A stretch of DNA of 34,683 bases, taken from an uncultured Acidobacterium sp. Its GTDB lineage: Bacteria > Acidobacteriota > Vicinamibacteria > Vicinamibacterales > UBA2999. The notes under the pieces are model-generated. The model searched no databases and had not been told where the DNA came from. It worked only from the letters and a program-made list of their open reading frames with translations. The stretch covers positions 1-34,683 of the forward strand of contig CAZBYY010000003.1 in the NCBI GenBank assembly GCA_964495855.1, given 5' to 3'. Below, one piece after another: positions 1 through 8,783 of this stretch. Both the position numbers and the translations under genes were made by a program. Positions within the stretch are counted from its first letter, which is position 1; every line of letters begins with the position of its first letter.

Positions 1-1269
1 CAGCTCAAAGCGCAGGCGAGCCGCTGCATGGACTGCGGCATTCCGTTCTGCCACCAGGGCTGCCCGCTCGGCAACTTGATCCCGGAGTGGAACGACCTGG
101 TCTATCGCGACAACTGGCGCGCGGCCATCGATCGCCTCCACCAGACGAACAACTTCCCCGAGTTCACCGGGCTGCTGTGCCCGGCGCCGTGCGAGGGAGC
201 GTGCGTGCTCGGCATCAACAAGGATCCGGTGACCATCAAATCGATCGAGCTCGCGATCGTCGATCGCGCGTTCGACGAGGGCTGGATCGTGCCGCGTCCG
301 CCGGTATCGCGCACGTGGAAGAAGGTGGCGGTAATCGGTTCCGGTCCTGCGGGCCTCGCGGCAGCCGCACAACTGAATGGCGCGGGCCACAGCGTCACCG
401 TCTTTGAAAAGTCCGATCGGGTCGGCGGCCTGCTGCGCTACGGCATTCCAGAGTTCAAGCTCGAGAAGCGCGTTCTCAACCGACGCATTGACCTACTGGC
501 CGCCGAGGGCGTGGTGTTTCGAACACGGGTCGATGTGGGCGAGAACGTTGCCGTGTCGGACCTGCGGCGCGAGTACGACGCCATCCTGCTTGCCGGCGGC
601 GCCGGGCAGCCGCGCGACTTGAACGTGCCGGGCCGCGATCTCAAGGGCCTGCACTTCGCGATGGAATACCTCGCGCAGCAGAACCGCCACTGTGAAGGCG
701 ATGATCTTCCCTGGATCAACGCTTCAGGCAAGCACGTCATCATCATCGGCGGCGGCGACACTGGTGCCGACTGCCTCGGGACCGCACATCGACAGGGAGC
801 GGCCTCCGTGTCGCAGCTCGAGGTAATGCCGATGCCGCCGCAGCAGCGCGCGGCCACCAACCCGTGGCCGCTCTGGCCGGTCATCTTCCGCACGTCGTCA
901 GCGCATGAAGAAGGCGGAGATCGCGTCTACGAGGTGAAGACGACGGAACTGCGCGGCGCCAACGGACGCGTACAGTCACTCCACGGCGAAAAGATCGCGG
1001 ATGGATCGCCGTTCGAGATGAAGGCCGACCTCGTGCTGCTCGCGATGGGATTCACCGGCCCCGAGAAGAGCCGATTGCTCAGCGACCTCGACGTCCGCCT
1101 CACCGAACGCGGCACCGTGTGGCGCGATGAGGAGTGGATGACGAGCCAGCAAGGCGTCTTCGCCGCGGGCGACATGCAGCGCGGCCAGTCGCTGATCGTG
1201 TGGGCGATCGATGATGGCCGCCGAGCGGCAGCGGCCATCGATCGCTACCTGATCAGCTCAGGGTCCTGA
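1..1269 (+). CDS. gltD: Glutamate synthase small (beta) subunit, 5' truncated by window
   Basis: Frame open from base 1 ([22 protein letters not shown]); Fe-S cysteines, [24 protein letters not shown] motif, GGGDTG NADPH motif, GQSLIVWAI. Confidence 0.96.
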   Translation, partial: QLKAQASRCMDCGIPFCHQGCPLGNLIPEWNDLVYRDNWRAAIDRLHQTNNFPEFTGLLCPAPCEGACVLGINKDPVTIKSIELAIVDRAFDEGWIVPRPPVSRTWKKVAVIGSGPAGLAAAAQLNGAGHSVTVFEKSDRVGGLLRYGIPEFKLEKRVLNRRIDLLAAEGVVFRTRVDVGENVAVSDLRREYDAILLAGGAGQPRDLNVPGRDLKGLHFAMEYLAQQNRHCEGDDLPWINASGKHVIIIGGGDTGADCLGTAHRQGAASVSQLEVMPMPPQQRAATNPWPLWPVIFRTSSAHEEGGDRVYEVKTTELRGANGRVQSLHGEKIADGSPFEMKADLVLLAMGFTGPEKSRLLSDLDVRLTERGTVWRDEEWMTSQQGVFAAGDMQRGQSLIVWAIDDGRRAAAAIDRYLISSGS

Positions 1270-1310
1270 GCGTCATCGACGCACGCACCGCGGTCAGTGT
1301 GCGACAATGA

Positions 1311-1338
1311 CCGTGTCAGCGATGCCAACCTGACACGG
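1311..1338. promoter_or_regulatory. Perfect 9-bp inverted repeat CCGTGTCAG-N10-CTGACACGG, possible operator or leader hairpin
   Basis: Lies between a GACAAT -10-like box (1303-1308) and the GGGGAG RBS of the next gene; right arm touches the RBS. Confidence 0.45.
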
Positions 1339-1346
1339 GGAGTTCT

Positions 1347-2180
1347 GTGCGACATCTGTATTTCGCCGCCGTCCTGATGGCGCTGCCGGTGAGCGTCGCT
1401 GCACAAGGCGATGGTCGCAACCAGCGCGCGGCCGAGACTCGCCCTCCCGATCAGCGTCAATCGCCTGCCAACCCGTCGCGCCCATCGTGGGAGCAAAAAC
1501 AAACGCCGTGGTGGGAGCACCAGGCGCCGCCGCCATGGGAGCAGAAGGCGCCGCCGGCGAACGCGATCCCGCCATTCTGGGAAACGGATGTCCAGAAGGC
1601 GCAGCGCGCCGAGTGGGAACGGCAGAAGCAGGCAGAGCGGCACAACAACAGCCAGCCGCCGATCGTCTACGTCGTTCCGCAGTATCGATACTTTCCCGGC
1701 ACGGTAACCGTCGGCAATCCGTTCTACGTCACGCCGTCGGCAGTGCCCGCGCCCGCAAGCACGCCGCCGACATCGAGCGTGGTGCCGGTCGGCGCGTTGC
1801 GATTCGACGTCGAGCCGCGTGACCTACAGGTCTTCGTCGACGGTGCGTTCGTCGGCACGCCCGCCGACCTGAACGATCAGATCGATCTCACTCCCGGCAC
1901 GAGGCGCATCGAGTTGCGCGCGCGGGGATACAAGGCGATCACCTTCAACGTGGAGATCGTCCGCGACAGGACGATTACGTATCGCGGATCGCTCGAGCGT
2001 GACGTGATCCCAGAACCCAAAGCTCCAACGGTGTCGCGCGCGCCTGAACCTCCAAAATCGCCGGCGGTCCCCACGACGATCTACCTGATACCGGGTTGTT
2101 ACCTGGGCAACGTGGCACCGAGAGCGGCGGAGTTGCGCGCCGGCTGCGACATGAGCAAGCTCACAAAGACTTCGCCCTGA
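1347..2180 (+). CDS. Secreted PEGA-domain protein with Pro/Gln/Trp-rich N-terminal region
   Basis: GTG start with GGGGAG RBS; signal peptide; GALRFDVEPRDLQVFVDG..GTP..LTPGTRRIELRARGY is PEGA-like. Confidence 0.8.
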   Translation: MRHLYFAAVLMALPVSVAAQGDGRNQRAAETRPPDQRQSPANPSRPSWEQKQTPWWEHQAPPPWEQKAPPANAIPPFWETDVQKAQRAEWERQKQAERHNNSQPPIVYVVPQYRYFPGTVTVGNPFYVTPSAVPAPASTPPTSSVVPVGALRFDVEPRDLQVFVDGAFVGTPADLNDQIDLTPGTRRIELRARGYKAITFNVEIVRDRTITYRGSLERDVIPEPKAPTVSRAPEPPKSPAVPTTIYLIPGCYLGNVAPRAAELRAGCDMSKLTKTSP

Positions 2181-2694
2181 CGCGCCGACGCAGCGCGCGA
2201 AACGCCGCCAGCATCTCGGCGTACGAACAGTTGGCGTTGCGGCCGCTGGGATTCGGCAGCACGAACACCTCGCTCGTGCCAATCCGTTCCGGCTGCAACC
2301 CGAGTGTCACCGCGCCTTTCCGTTCCGGAAACATCGCGCGAAACACCGTCACCCCAACCATCGCCACGACCGGCGGCCGGTAACGCGCGATCTTCCGTCG
2401 CAACTTCGCGCGGCCCTCAACATACTCGTGCGGCTCGATCGTATCGATGCCCGGCGTCGGCCGCGGGACGATGTTCGTGATGCCAAATCCCCACTCCGGC
2501 AGCCGATCGTCGTCTTCGAAGGTGATGCGCGCCGGCACGAGCTTCGACTCGAACAGCAGCGCCCAGAATCGATTCGAGAAGCCGGCGAAGTGATGGCCGG
2601 TCTGCGAGGAACGAATGCCCGGGTTGATGCCGACAAAGAGCACGCGGACGCCCGGCATGATGCGATCGCGCAGGGGTGGCAACGTTTCAGGCAC
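2161..2694 (-). CDS. mug: G/U mismatch-specific DNA glycosylase (UDG family 2)
   Basis: VLFVGINPG, GHHFAG..NRFW, GITNIV.R.T, LPNPSGRNA motifs; start placed at GTG 2694 (VPETLPPLRD). Confidence 0.92.
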   Translation of the reverse strand: MPETLPPLRDRIMPGVRVLFVGINPGIRSSQTGHHFAGFSNRFWALLFESKLVPARITFEDDDRLPEWGFGITNIVPRPTPGIDTIEPHEYVEGRAKLRRKIARYRPPVVAMVGVTVFRAMFPERKGAVTLGLQPERIGTSEVFVLPNPSGRNANCSYAEMLAAFRALRRRVRAKSL

Positions 2695-2701
2695 GGATTC
2701 C

Positions 2702-2709
2702 AGTATGCT
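2702..2709. promoter_or_regulatory. Overlapping divergent -10 boxes (TATGCT on +, CATACT on -)
   Basis: TATGCT 2704-2709 is 6 nt before ATG 2716; CATACT (2702-2707, minus) is 7 nt before GTG 2694; no SD on either side. Confidence 0.55.
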
Positions 2710-2715
2710 CCAGCG

Positions 2716-3195
2716 ATGCGAATCGTCTCGAGCCTGCTCGTCCTCCTCTGCTGCAGCGTCGCCGCGTCTGCGCAGCCGGCAGAGGCCGATCGGGCATCCA
2801 TCATGAAAGTCGTGCAGGCATTTTTCGACACGATGAGTGCCAATGACGTCGAGGGCGCGAGAAAGATCCTGCAACCGCAGGGCCGCTTTCACGCCATGCG
2901 CCTAAAGAACGGCCAGCCGGACGTGCACGCGTTCGCCAACGAAGAATACTTTGCCGACCTGCAGTCATCGAAGCAGAAGAAGCGCGAGCGCATCTGGAAC
3001 CCCGACGTGCGCGTGCATGGGCTCGTCGCCACCGTCACCGGGCCGTATGACTTCTGGATCGACGGACAATTCAGTCATTGCGGGACGGACGTGTTCGACC
3101 TGATCAAGACCGAAGAAGGCTGGAAGATCGCCGGCGGCGTCTACACCGTCGAAACCACCTGCGCGCCGAGCCCGCTCGGCCCGCTGAAGCAGTGA
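2716..3195 (+). CDS. Secreted NTF2/SnoaL-like fold protein
   Basis: Signal peptide MRIVSSLLVLLCCSVAASAQ; ERIWNPDVRVHG..A...PYDFWIDGQFSHCGTDVFDLIK...GWKI. Confidence 0.8.
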   Translation: MRIVSSLLVLLCCSVAASAQPAEADRASIMKVVQAFFDTMSANDVEGARKILQPQGRFHAMRLKNGQPDVHAFANEEYFADLQSSKQKKRERIWNPDVRVHGLVATVTGPYDFWIDGQFSHCGTDVFDLIKTEEGWKIAGGVYTVETTCAPSPLGPLKQ

Positions 3196-3211
3196 TCGGC
3201 AAGGCCTCGCC

Positions 3212-3748
3212 GTGGCGCTCACCGCAACGATCTTCAACTTCGATGTCGACCTCGCAGACAACGACCGGGGCGTGTATGACACACTGGCCCTCCGCGTCGC
3301 ACAGCACCCGTCGGAGTCCGACGAATACCTGATCGCGCGCGTGATCGCGTACCTGATCGAATACCAGGACGGCATCGCCTTTTCGCGCGGCGTGTCGGAG
3401 CCTGACGAGCCGGCGATCTTCATCCGCGATCTCACCGGCACGATCGTCACCTGGATCGAGATCGGCACGCCCGATGCGGCGCGGCTGCACAAAGCCTCCA
3501 AGACCGGCGCACGCGTCGTCGCCTACTGTCACAAGGAAGGCGCGCAGTGGCTGAAGGGCCTCGCGGCGGCAGGTATTCACCGCGCCGACGCGCTGGAGCT
3601 GTATGCGATCGACCGGACGCTGATCGCCGAGATGGTGGCGCGCCTCGATCGGCGCATGACGTTCAGTGTGTCGATCACCGATCGCGAGCTCTACATTTCC
3701 ATTGGTGATGCAAACCTCACCGGCGCCGTGACGCGCCTCGCGATCTGA
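3212..3748 (+). CDS. yaeQ: YaeQ family protein
   Basis: MALTATI..D.DRGVY..L.LRVAQHPSESDE, DEPAI, WIEIGTPD..RLHKA. Confidence 0.92.
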   Translation: MALTATIFNFDVDLADNDRGVYDTLALRVAQHPSESDEYLIARVIAYLIEYQDGIAFSRGVSEPDEPAIFIRDLTGTIVTWIEIGTPDAARLHKASKTGARVVAYCHKEGAQWLKGLAAAGIHRADALELYAIDRTLIAEMVARLDRRMTFSVSITDRELYISIGDANLTGAVTRLAI

Positions 3749-3754
3749 GGCGCC

Positions 3755-4267
3755 ATGTCATTCCGAGGCCGCAAGGCGGGGCACGAGTGCTACCACTGCA
3801 AACAGTGGGTCGCCCAGGGCGAAGCGCACGACTGTTGGACGACTACCGAAGCCGCCCTCACCGCCGAGTTGTCCGAAGACCTGCAGGACGCCTACCAACG
3901 GCTGCGCGAGACCGCGGTCGAATTCGGCGAGCAACGCATCTACGCCTCACACAGCTCGATCATGTTCTCGCGCACGTCGTGCTACTTTTTCGTCCGGCCA
4001 AAGCGCAATTTCCTCGAGGTCGTCATCTTCCTCGGCCGTGCGATCACGGCGCCGCAGGTTCACAAGATTCATGAAGCCTCGAAAACCAAGCGCGCGCATG
4101 TGATTCGCGTCCGTCACCGCGACGAGGTCGAAGCGCCGCTGACTGAGTGGCTCGAGGAGGCCTACGACTTCCAGTCGCGCGCGAAGGCGGTCGCCACAAA
4201 GGCGAAGACGCCGACGCGCAAGCGCACTGCCAGGAAGGCCGTGAAGCCGAAGTCGAAGAAGCGCTGA
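3755..4267 (+). CDS. DUF5655-like protein with N-terminal Cys/His cluster and Lys-rich tail
   Basis: CYHC..HDC N-terminus; core ending DEV...L.EWL.EAY resembles DUF5655/DUF1801; basic tail KAKTPTRKRTARKAVKPKSKKR. Confidence 0.7.
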   Translation: MSFRGRKAGHECYHCKQWVAQGEAHDCWTTTEAALTAELSEDLQDAYQRLRETAVEFGEQRIYASHSSIMFSRTSCYFFVRPKRNFLEVVIFLGRAITAPQVHKIHEASKTKRAHVIRVRHRDEVEAPLTEWLEEAYDFQSRAKAVATKAKTPTRKRTARKAVKPKSKKR

Positions 4268-4269
4268 CG

Positions 4270-4572
4270 TCATTCGCGCGGGCTATCAGCGAGCGGGCGG
4301 CTTCCCCACCGCTCGTGAATCCGCTGCCGGAACCGCTCCTTCTCCTCGGCGCTCCATCGATGCGAGGGGCGGAACCCGCCGCCCCAGCGGCCGAACAGGA
4401 TGCGCGACAGCGCGAGCAGCCCGACCGCCTGCCAGAACGACACTTGCGGCAGCGCGAAGAGCGCCGGCATCAGCCAGTTCCAGAGCAACTGGACCACCGT
4501 GCCGCCGACGAAGATGAACAACACGATCGCCACCAGGCCGATCGGCAACACCCAGAACCACTTGCGTCTCAT
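4270..4572 (-). CDS. Small membrane protein cotranscribed with the ECF sigma factor (candidate anti-sigma or partner)
   Basis: Hydrophobic segments, LWNWLMPALF.LP..SFWQA.GLL.LSRILFG; GGAG RBS; 9 bp after the sigma gene. Confidence 0.8.
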   Translation of the reverse strand: MRRKWFWVLPIGLVAIVLFIFVGGTVVQLLWNWLMPALFALPQVSFWQAVGLLALSRILFGRWGGGFRPSHRWSAEEKERFRQRIHERWGSRPLADSPRE

Positions 4573-4581
4573 GATGACTCC

Positions 4582-5100
4582 TCACTCCTTCGTCAATTCG
4601 TCGTGCACCGACTGCAGCCGCTCGCGCAGCTGCAGCACGGCATATCGCTTTCGCGACAGCAGCGTGTTGATGTTGATGCCGGTGTCGGCCGCGATCTCCC
4701 TGAAGCTGCGGCCGTCGATCTCGTGCGCGACGAACACGTCGCGCTGTTCTCGTGGCAACTCGGCGATCGCGGCGTCGAGCGCATCGATCAGCACGCCCCG
4801 CATCAGCGAACCGTCGGGGCCGTCATCGGGCGACGGCAACAAGTCTTCGAGCTCGAGGCTCTCAGGCTTCTTGCGGCGGAACAGGTCGGTGATGCGATTG
4901 CGCGCCACGCGGAACAGCCAGCCGGTCACGTGATCGATCGGCATCAACAAACGATTCGCTTCGACCAGTTCCGCGAACACCTCCTGCAGGATGTCCTCTG
5001 CATCACGCGGATCGGCGACACGGCTGCGGATGAATCGCCGCAGCCGTGACTGTTCCCGTTCCACGACGTCTGAGAGGTGTTGATCCTGGTCGCTCGGCAT
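4582..5100 (-). CDS. ECF-type sigma-70 family RNA polymerase sigma factor
   Basis: DAEDILQEVF, WLFRVARNRITD (region 2); LPREQRDVF..HEIDGRSFREIA..NTLLSRK (region 4). Confidence 0.93.
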   Translation of the reverse strand: MPSDQDQHLSDVVEREQSRLRRFIRSRVADPRDAEDILQEVFAELVEANRLLMPIDHVTGWLFRVARNRITDLFRRKKPESLELEDLLPSPDDGPDGSLMRGVLIDALDAAIAELPREQRDVFVAHEIDGRSFREIAADTGININTLLSRKRYAVLQLRERLQSVHDELTKE

Positions 5101-5211
5101 CGGCCTGCAGTTCGCTTACAGCATTAGACGGATGAGCCGCGCGGATATTGTGGATGGGCGCCGACGTCCGGTGGAGGGGACAGATCCCGCCGTTTTGCGC
5201 CTGAATCGCCG

Positions 5212-5227
5212 TGGTGCGCTTCTTGCT
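5212..5227 (+). promoter_or_regulatory. Putative sigma-54 (-24/-12) promoter
   Basis: TGGTGCG-CTTC-TTGCT with exact GG-N10-GC spacing, 23 nt upstream of ATG 5251. Confidence 0.6.
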
Positions 5228-5250
5228 GTCTCCACCAACGGAGGCATGAC

Positions 5251-5835
5251 ATGCGAAGCCTGGCAGTGTTGACCGTGGTGTGTGCGTTAGCGGCATCCCC
5301 GGCGTCGGCGCAGGGACGCCGCAACTCGCAGGGGGTTCCACCGGGACAGCTTCCTCCTGCCGGCATGTGCCGCGTGTGGTACGACGGCGTGCCGCCCGGA
5401 CGGCAGCCGCGTCCGATGAGTTGCCGGGAAGCTGAGCGCATCGCGTCACGCGATCGCGATGCGCGCGTCATCTACGGTGATGACTACGACAACGACCGGT
5501 ATGGCAACGATCGCTACGGCAACGGCCGCTACGACGATCGTTACGGCTACCCCGATCGCGGCGGCTACGGCTACAACAGCGCCGCTTACGATCAGGGCTA
5601 CCGTGACGGGTTGAACAAGGGCCGCGAAGACGCGCGCGACCGCGATTCGTTCGACCCCGTGCGGCACAAGGAATACCGCAACGCTGACCGCGGCTACAAC
5701 AACCGCTACGGCAGCAAGGATCAATACAAGCTCGCCTACCGCGACGGCTTCGAACGCGGCTACGAGCAGTCCTACCGGCAGAACGGCGGCCGCTACCCGT
5801 CGAATAGCCGCGGCCCGCGCGTCTGGCCGTTCTGA
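5251..5835 (+). CDS. Secreted Gly/Tyr/Asp/Arg-rich hypothetical protein
   Basis: GGAGG RBS; signal peptide; duplicated GVPPG motif; NDRYG repeats; two AY..G(Y/F)..G motifs. Confidence 0.85.
   Translation: MRSLAVLTVVCALAASPASAQGRRNSQGVPPGQLPPAGMCRVWYDGVPPGRQPRPMSCREAERIASRDRDARVIYGDDYDNDRYGNDRYGNGRYDDRYGYPDRGGYGYNSAAYDQGYRDGLNKGREDARDRDSFDPVRHKEYRNADRGYNNRYGSKDQYKLAYRDGFERGYEQSYRQNGGRYPSNSRGPRVWPF
5491..5535 (+). repeat. Imperfect 15-bp coding tandem repeat x3 (NDRYG NDRYG NGRYD)
   Basis: aacgaccggtatggc / aacgatcgctacggc / aacggccgctacgac. Confidence 0.75.
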
Positions 5836-5881
5836 GTGAGAGGAAGTTCTTCACGCGAGGCGACGCTACAATCGACCTCGC

Positions 5882-8017
5882 GTGAAGTGGTGTAAACGGC
5901 AAGCGTTCGTCTGCGGCGTCCTTGCCCTGTGCGCCGTTGCCGCTATCCAGGCCGCACAGACGGTCACGCTGCGCGTCGAGGTTCGCAGCGACAGCGGCCC
6001 GGTGGTCGGCGCCGAAATCCTCCTCGGCGGCATCTCACATCCAACGGACCCGTCAGGGCACGCTGTGATCGACGTCCCACCCGGAGACGTCGAACTGACG
6101 GTGATCAAGGAGTCCTTCGTTCCCGTGACCACCGCCGTTCACGCCGCCACAGGCCCGACGATCACCGTCGTCGTCGAGCTTGCGCGCTTGCCAAGCGTCG
6201 AGGAGCAAGTCACCGTCGTCGCCACCACCAGAACGGATCGCCGTCTCGAAGATCAGCCGATGCGCGTCGAGGTCCTGGACCAGGAAGAGGTCGAGGAAAA
6301 GACGATGATGACGCCGGGCGATGTTGTCATGATGCTCAACGAGACCGGTGGAATGCGGGTGCAGGCCACGTCTCCGTCGCTCGGCGCCTCGAGCGTGCGC
6401 GTGCAGGGAATGCGCGGCCGCTACACCCGCTTTTTTTCTGATGGCTTGCCGCTCTTTGGCGAGGTGGGCGGCCTGGGACTTCTCCAGATTCCGCCGATGG
6501 ATCTCGGCCAGGTCGAAGTCATCAAGGGCGTCGCGTCCTCGCTGTACGGGTCCGGCGCGATGGGCGGCGTCGTCAATTTGATCTCGCGCCGGCCGGGCCC
6601 TGAGCCCGAACGAGAACTGCTGATCAATCGTTCATCGCGAGGGGCTACCGATGCCGTCGCGTGGTATTCCACCGCCGCGCGCCAGGGTTGGGCGTTTACG
6701 CTGCTCGGTGGCGCGCATGCACAGGAACGATTCGACGTCGACGCTGACGGATGGGCCGACCTGCCGGAGTATCGCCGCGGCGTGATCAGGCCGCGCGTGT
6801 TCTGGAATGACGGCAGTGGCCGCATGTTCTTTGCCACGGCCGGATTCACCGCCGAGAATCGCGCCGGCGGCGGAGCGGCGCACGGGATCAGCTATCGCGA
6901 AGCGCTCGATACGCGCCGCGGAGACGTCGGCGCGGTTGGCCAGTTCCTGGTGAAAGGCCGTCATGTCGTCAACATTCGCGGCGCCGTTTCGAGCCAGCGT
7001 CACGATCACCAGTTCGGCGACATCCGGGAACGCGACGCTCACGACACGGCATTCGGGGAAATGACGGTGCGCACCGCCGCTGGCCGACACACCATCGTTG
7101 CCAGTGCCGCGATCGAGCGCCATGCGTACCGCCCGCAGGATGTTTCGCGGTTTGCCTACGCGTTTGTAACACCCGGCGTCTTCATCCAGGACGATGCCGA
7201 CATCGCGCGGTGGCTGTCGATCAGCGCGAGCGCGCGAGTCGATCATCATTCTGTGTACGGCTCGTTCATGAGCCCGCGCATTTCGGCGCTGATGCGCCAC
7301 GGCGGCTGGAGCAGCCGCGTGTCTGCCGGCGGCGGCTTCTACGCACCGACGCCGGTGACCGAAGAGACGGAAGCGGCCGGCTTGAGCCGCTTGATCATCG
7401 CGTCGCCGTTACGCGGCGAGCGAGGCCGCAGCACGTCGGTCGATGTCACGCGCACCGCAGGGGCATTGTCGTTTACAGCCACCGCGTTTCGTTCGCGGGT
7501 GTCGGATCCGGCACGGGTCGATCGATCGGACGGCCTCGTCCTGATGAACGCGGCGCAGCCAACGAAGACCACTGGCGTCGAATTGCTCGGCACCTGGCGG
7601 CGATCAACGGTTTCGGTCACGGCGAACTACGCGCACGTGCGCGCCCGCGAGTACGATCGCGATACCTACGTCGACACCGCGCTCACGCCGCGCCATGCAG
7701 CGGGCCTGGTCGGCATGTGGGAACGGCCGGACGTCGCGAGGCTTGGCGTCGAGCTGTATTACACGGGCCGGCAACGGCTCGAGGAAAGCCCGTACGCCAA
7801 CACCAGCAGGCCGTATGTCGTCTTCGGACTGCTCGCGGAGCGGAAGTTCGGCAAGTTGCGGGCGTTCGTGAACGGCGAGAACCTCACGGGGGTTCGTCAG
7901 AGCCGGTGGAACCCGCTGGTGCGCCCGACGCGCGCACCCGACGGCCGGTGGACCGTCGATGCCTGGGCGCCGCTCGACGGACGGAATATCAACGGCGGGG
8001 TGCGGGTAAGTTTCTGA
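5882..8017 (+). CDS. TonB-dependent receptor
   Basis: Signal peptide, N-terminal carboxypeptidase-regulatory-like domain, plug (VEVIKGVASSLYGSGAMGGVVNL), GENL motif, C-terminal Phe. Confidence 0.92.
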   Translation: MKWCKRQAFVCGVLALCAVAAIQAAQTVTLRVEVRSDSGPVVGAEILLGGISHPTDPSGHAVIDVPPGDVELTVIKESFVPVTTAVHAATGPTITVVVELARLPSVEEQVTVVATTRTDRRLEDQPMRVEVLDQEEVEEKTMMTPGDVVMMLNETGGMRVQATSPSLGASSVRVQGMRGRYTRFFSDGLPLFGEVGGLGLLQIPPMDLGQVEVIKGVASSLYGSGAMGGVVNLISRRPGPEPERELLINRSSRGATDAVAWYSTAARQGWAFTLLGGAHAQERFDVDADGWADLPEYRRGVIRPRVFWNDGSGRMFFATAGFTAENRAGGGAAHGISYREALDTRRGDVGAVGQFLVKGRHVVNIRGAVSSQRHDHQFGDIRERDAHDTAFGEMTVRTAAGRHTIVASAAIERHAYRPQDVSRFAYAFVTPGVFIQDDADIARWLSISASARVDHHSVYGSFMSPRISALMRHGGWSSRVSAGGGFYAPTPVTEETEAAGLSRLIIASPLRGERGRSTSVDVTRTAGALSFTATAFRSRVSDPARVDRSDGLVLMNAAQPTKTTGVELLGTWRRSTVSVTANYAHVRAREYDRDTYVDTALTPRHAAGLVGMWERPDVARLGVELYYTGRQRLEESPYANTSRPYVVFGLLAERKFGKLRAFVNGENLTGVRQSRWNPLVRPTRAPDGRWTVDAWAPLDGRNINGGVRVSF

Positions 8018-8043
8018 CGCCCGCGTGGGGACCCGGCCCCGAT

Positions 8044-8073
8044 TTGCGTTGAATCGCCCGGAATTCCTATAAT
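8044..8073 (+). promoter_or_regulatory. Sigma-70 promoter of tRNA-Gln
   Basis: TTGCGT-N18-TATAAT (perfect -10) just upstream of the tRNA. Confidence 0.65.
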
Positions 8074-8091
8074 CGTAGGTTCCAACCCTAC

Positions 8092-8165
8092 TGGGAGGTC
8101 GTTCAACGGTAGGACAGCGGACTCTGACTCCGCTTATCGGGGTTCGAATCCCTGCCTCCCAGCCA
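8092..8165 (+). tRNA. tRNA-Gln (anticodon CTG)
   Basis: Acceptor TGGGAGG/CCTCCCA, anticodon arm GCGGA-CTCTGAC-TCCGC, TTCGAAT T-loop, encoded CCA end; 74 nt. Confidence 0.97.
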
Positions 8166-8245
8166 CTCACTCGACATTCGTCTTCGTTCTCCAAGAGCCA
8201 TCACGCTCCCACCCGCGAACTGACGCTTTGCCTTACCCTGTCAGG

Positions 8246-8773
8246 ATGGCGCGAATCGCATTTATGACGCTCGGCGTGCTCAAGCAACCAATTGGCCATC
8301 CGGAGGTCCAGGGATTCGTGGATCGCCTCGCCGCAAACTACGCCGCGGCGGAAGGAAGCGCCGGCTTCTTCGCGCGCTCGATCCGCAACGTCGAGACCTG
8401 GGAACACTCCTGGGGACCGGTGATTCGGCCCCAATGCACGCCGCAGGATCTACCACTCGAACAGTACGCGATGACGTTGAGTCTCTGGGACAACCTCGAG
8501 GCGGTCGCCGCCTACGCGTATCGCGGAGTGCATGCCGAAGCGCTCTCCAAACGTGCGGACTGGTTCATGCGGGGTTCGTGGCCGTCCTATGTCGCCTGGT
8601 GGGTTCCCGTCGATCATGTGCCGCGATAGAACGAAGGCACCGATCGTCTCGATCACCTCTATCGCCATGGACCGACGATGTATGCGTTCAGCTTTCGCGA
8701 TCCGTTCGACAGCGACGGTGCGAAGACGAAGCTGGATCGAACGCAAATTACGCAACAGGCGCGCCGCCCATAG
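8246..8773 (+). pseudogene. DUF3291-family protein interrupted by one in-frame TAG at 8627-8629
   Basis: TLSLWD.LEAV.AYAY.GVH.EAL, YVAWWVP.DH.P then TAG, then in frame NEGTDRLDHLYRHGPTMYAFSF, which matches the expected family C-terminus. Confidence 0.8.
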
Positions 8774-8783
8774 GCGCCGCCAG

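Noticed and set aside
8020-8029. CCCGCGTGGG, also present inverted in a hairpin near 23911-23930, as a possible REP or CRISPR-like repeat
   Set aside because: Only two 10-bp GC-rich copies, no array and no cas genes
8140-8165. tRNA 3' end as an attL/attR of an integrated element
   Set aside because: No second copy and no integrase found in the window by eye
8092-8165. Possibility that the tRNA is an amber suppressor
   Set aside because: The anticodon loop reads CT-CTG-AC, a standard Gln CTG anticodon, not CTA
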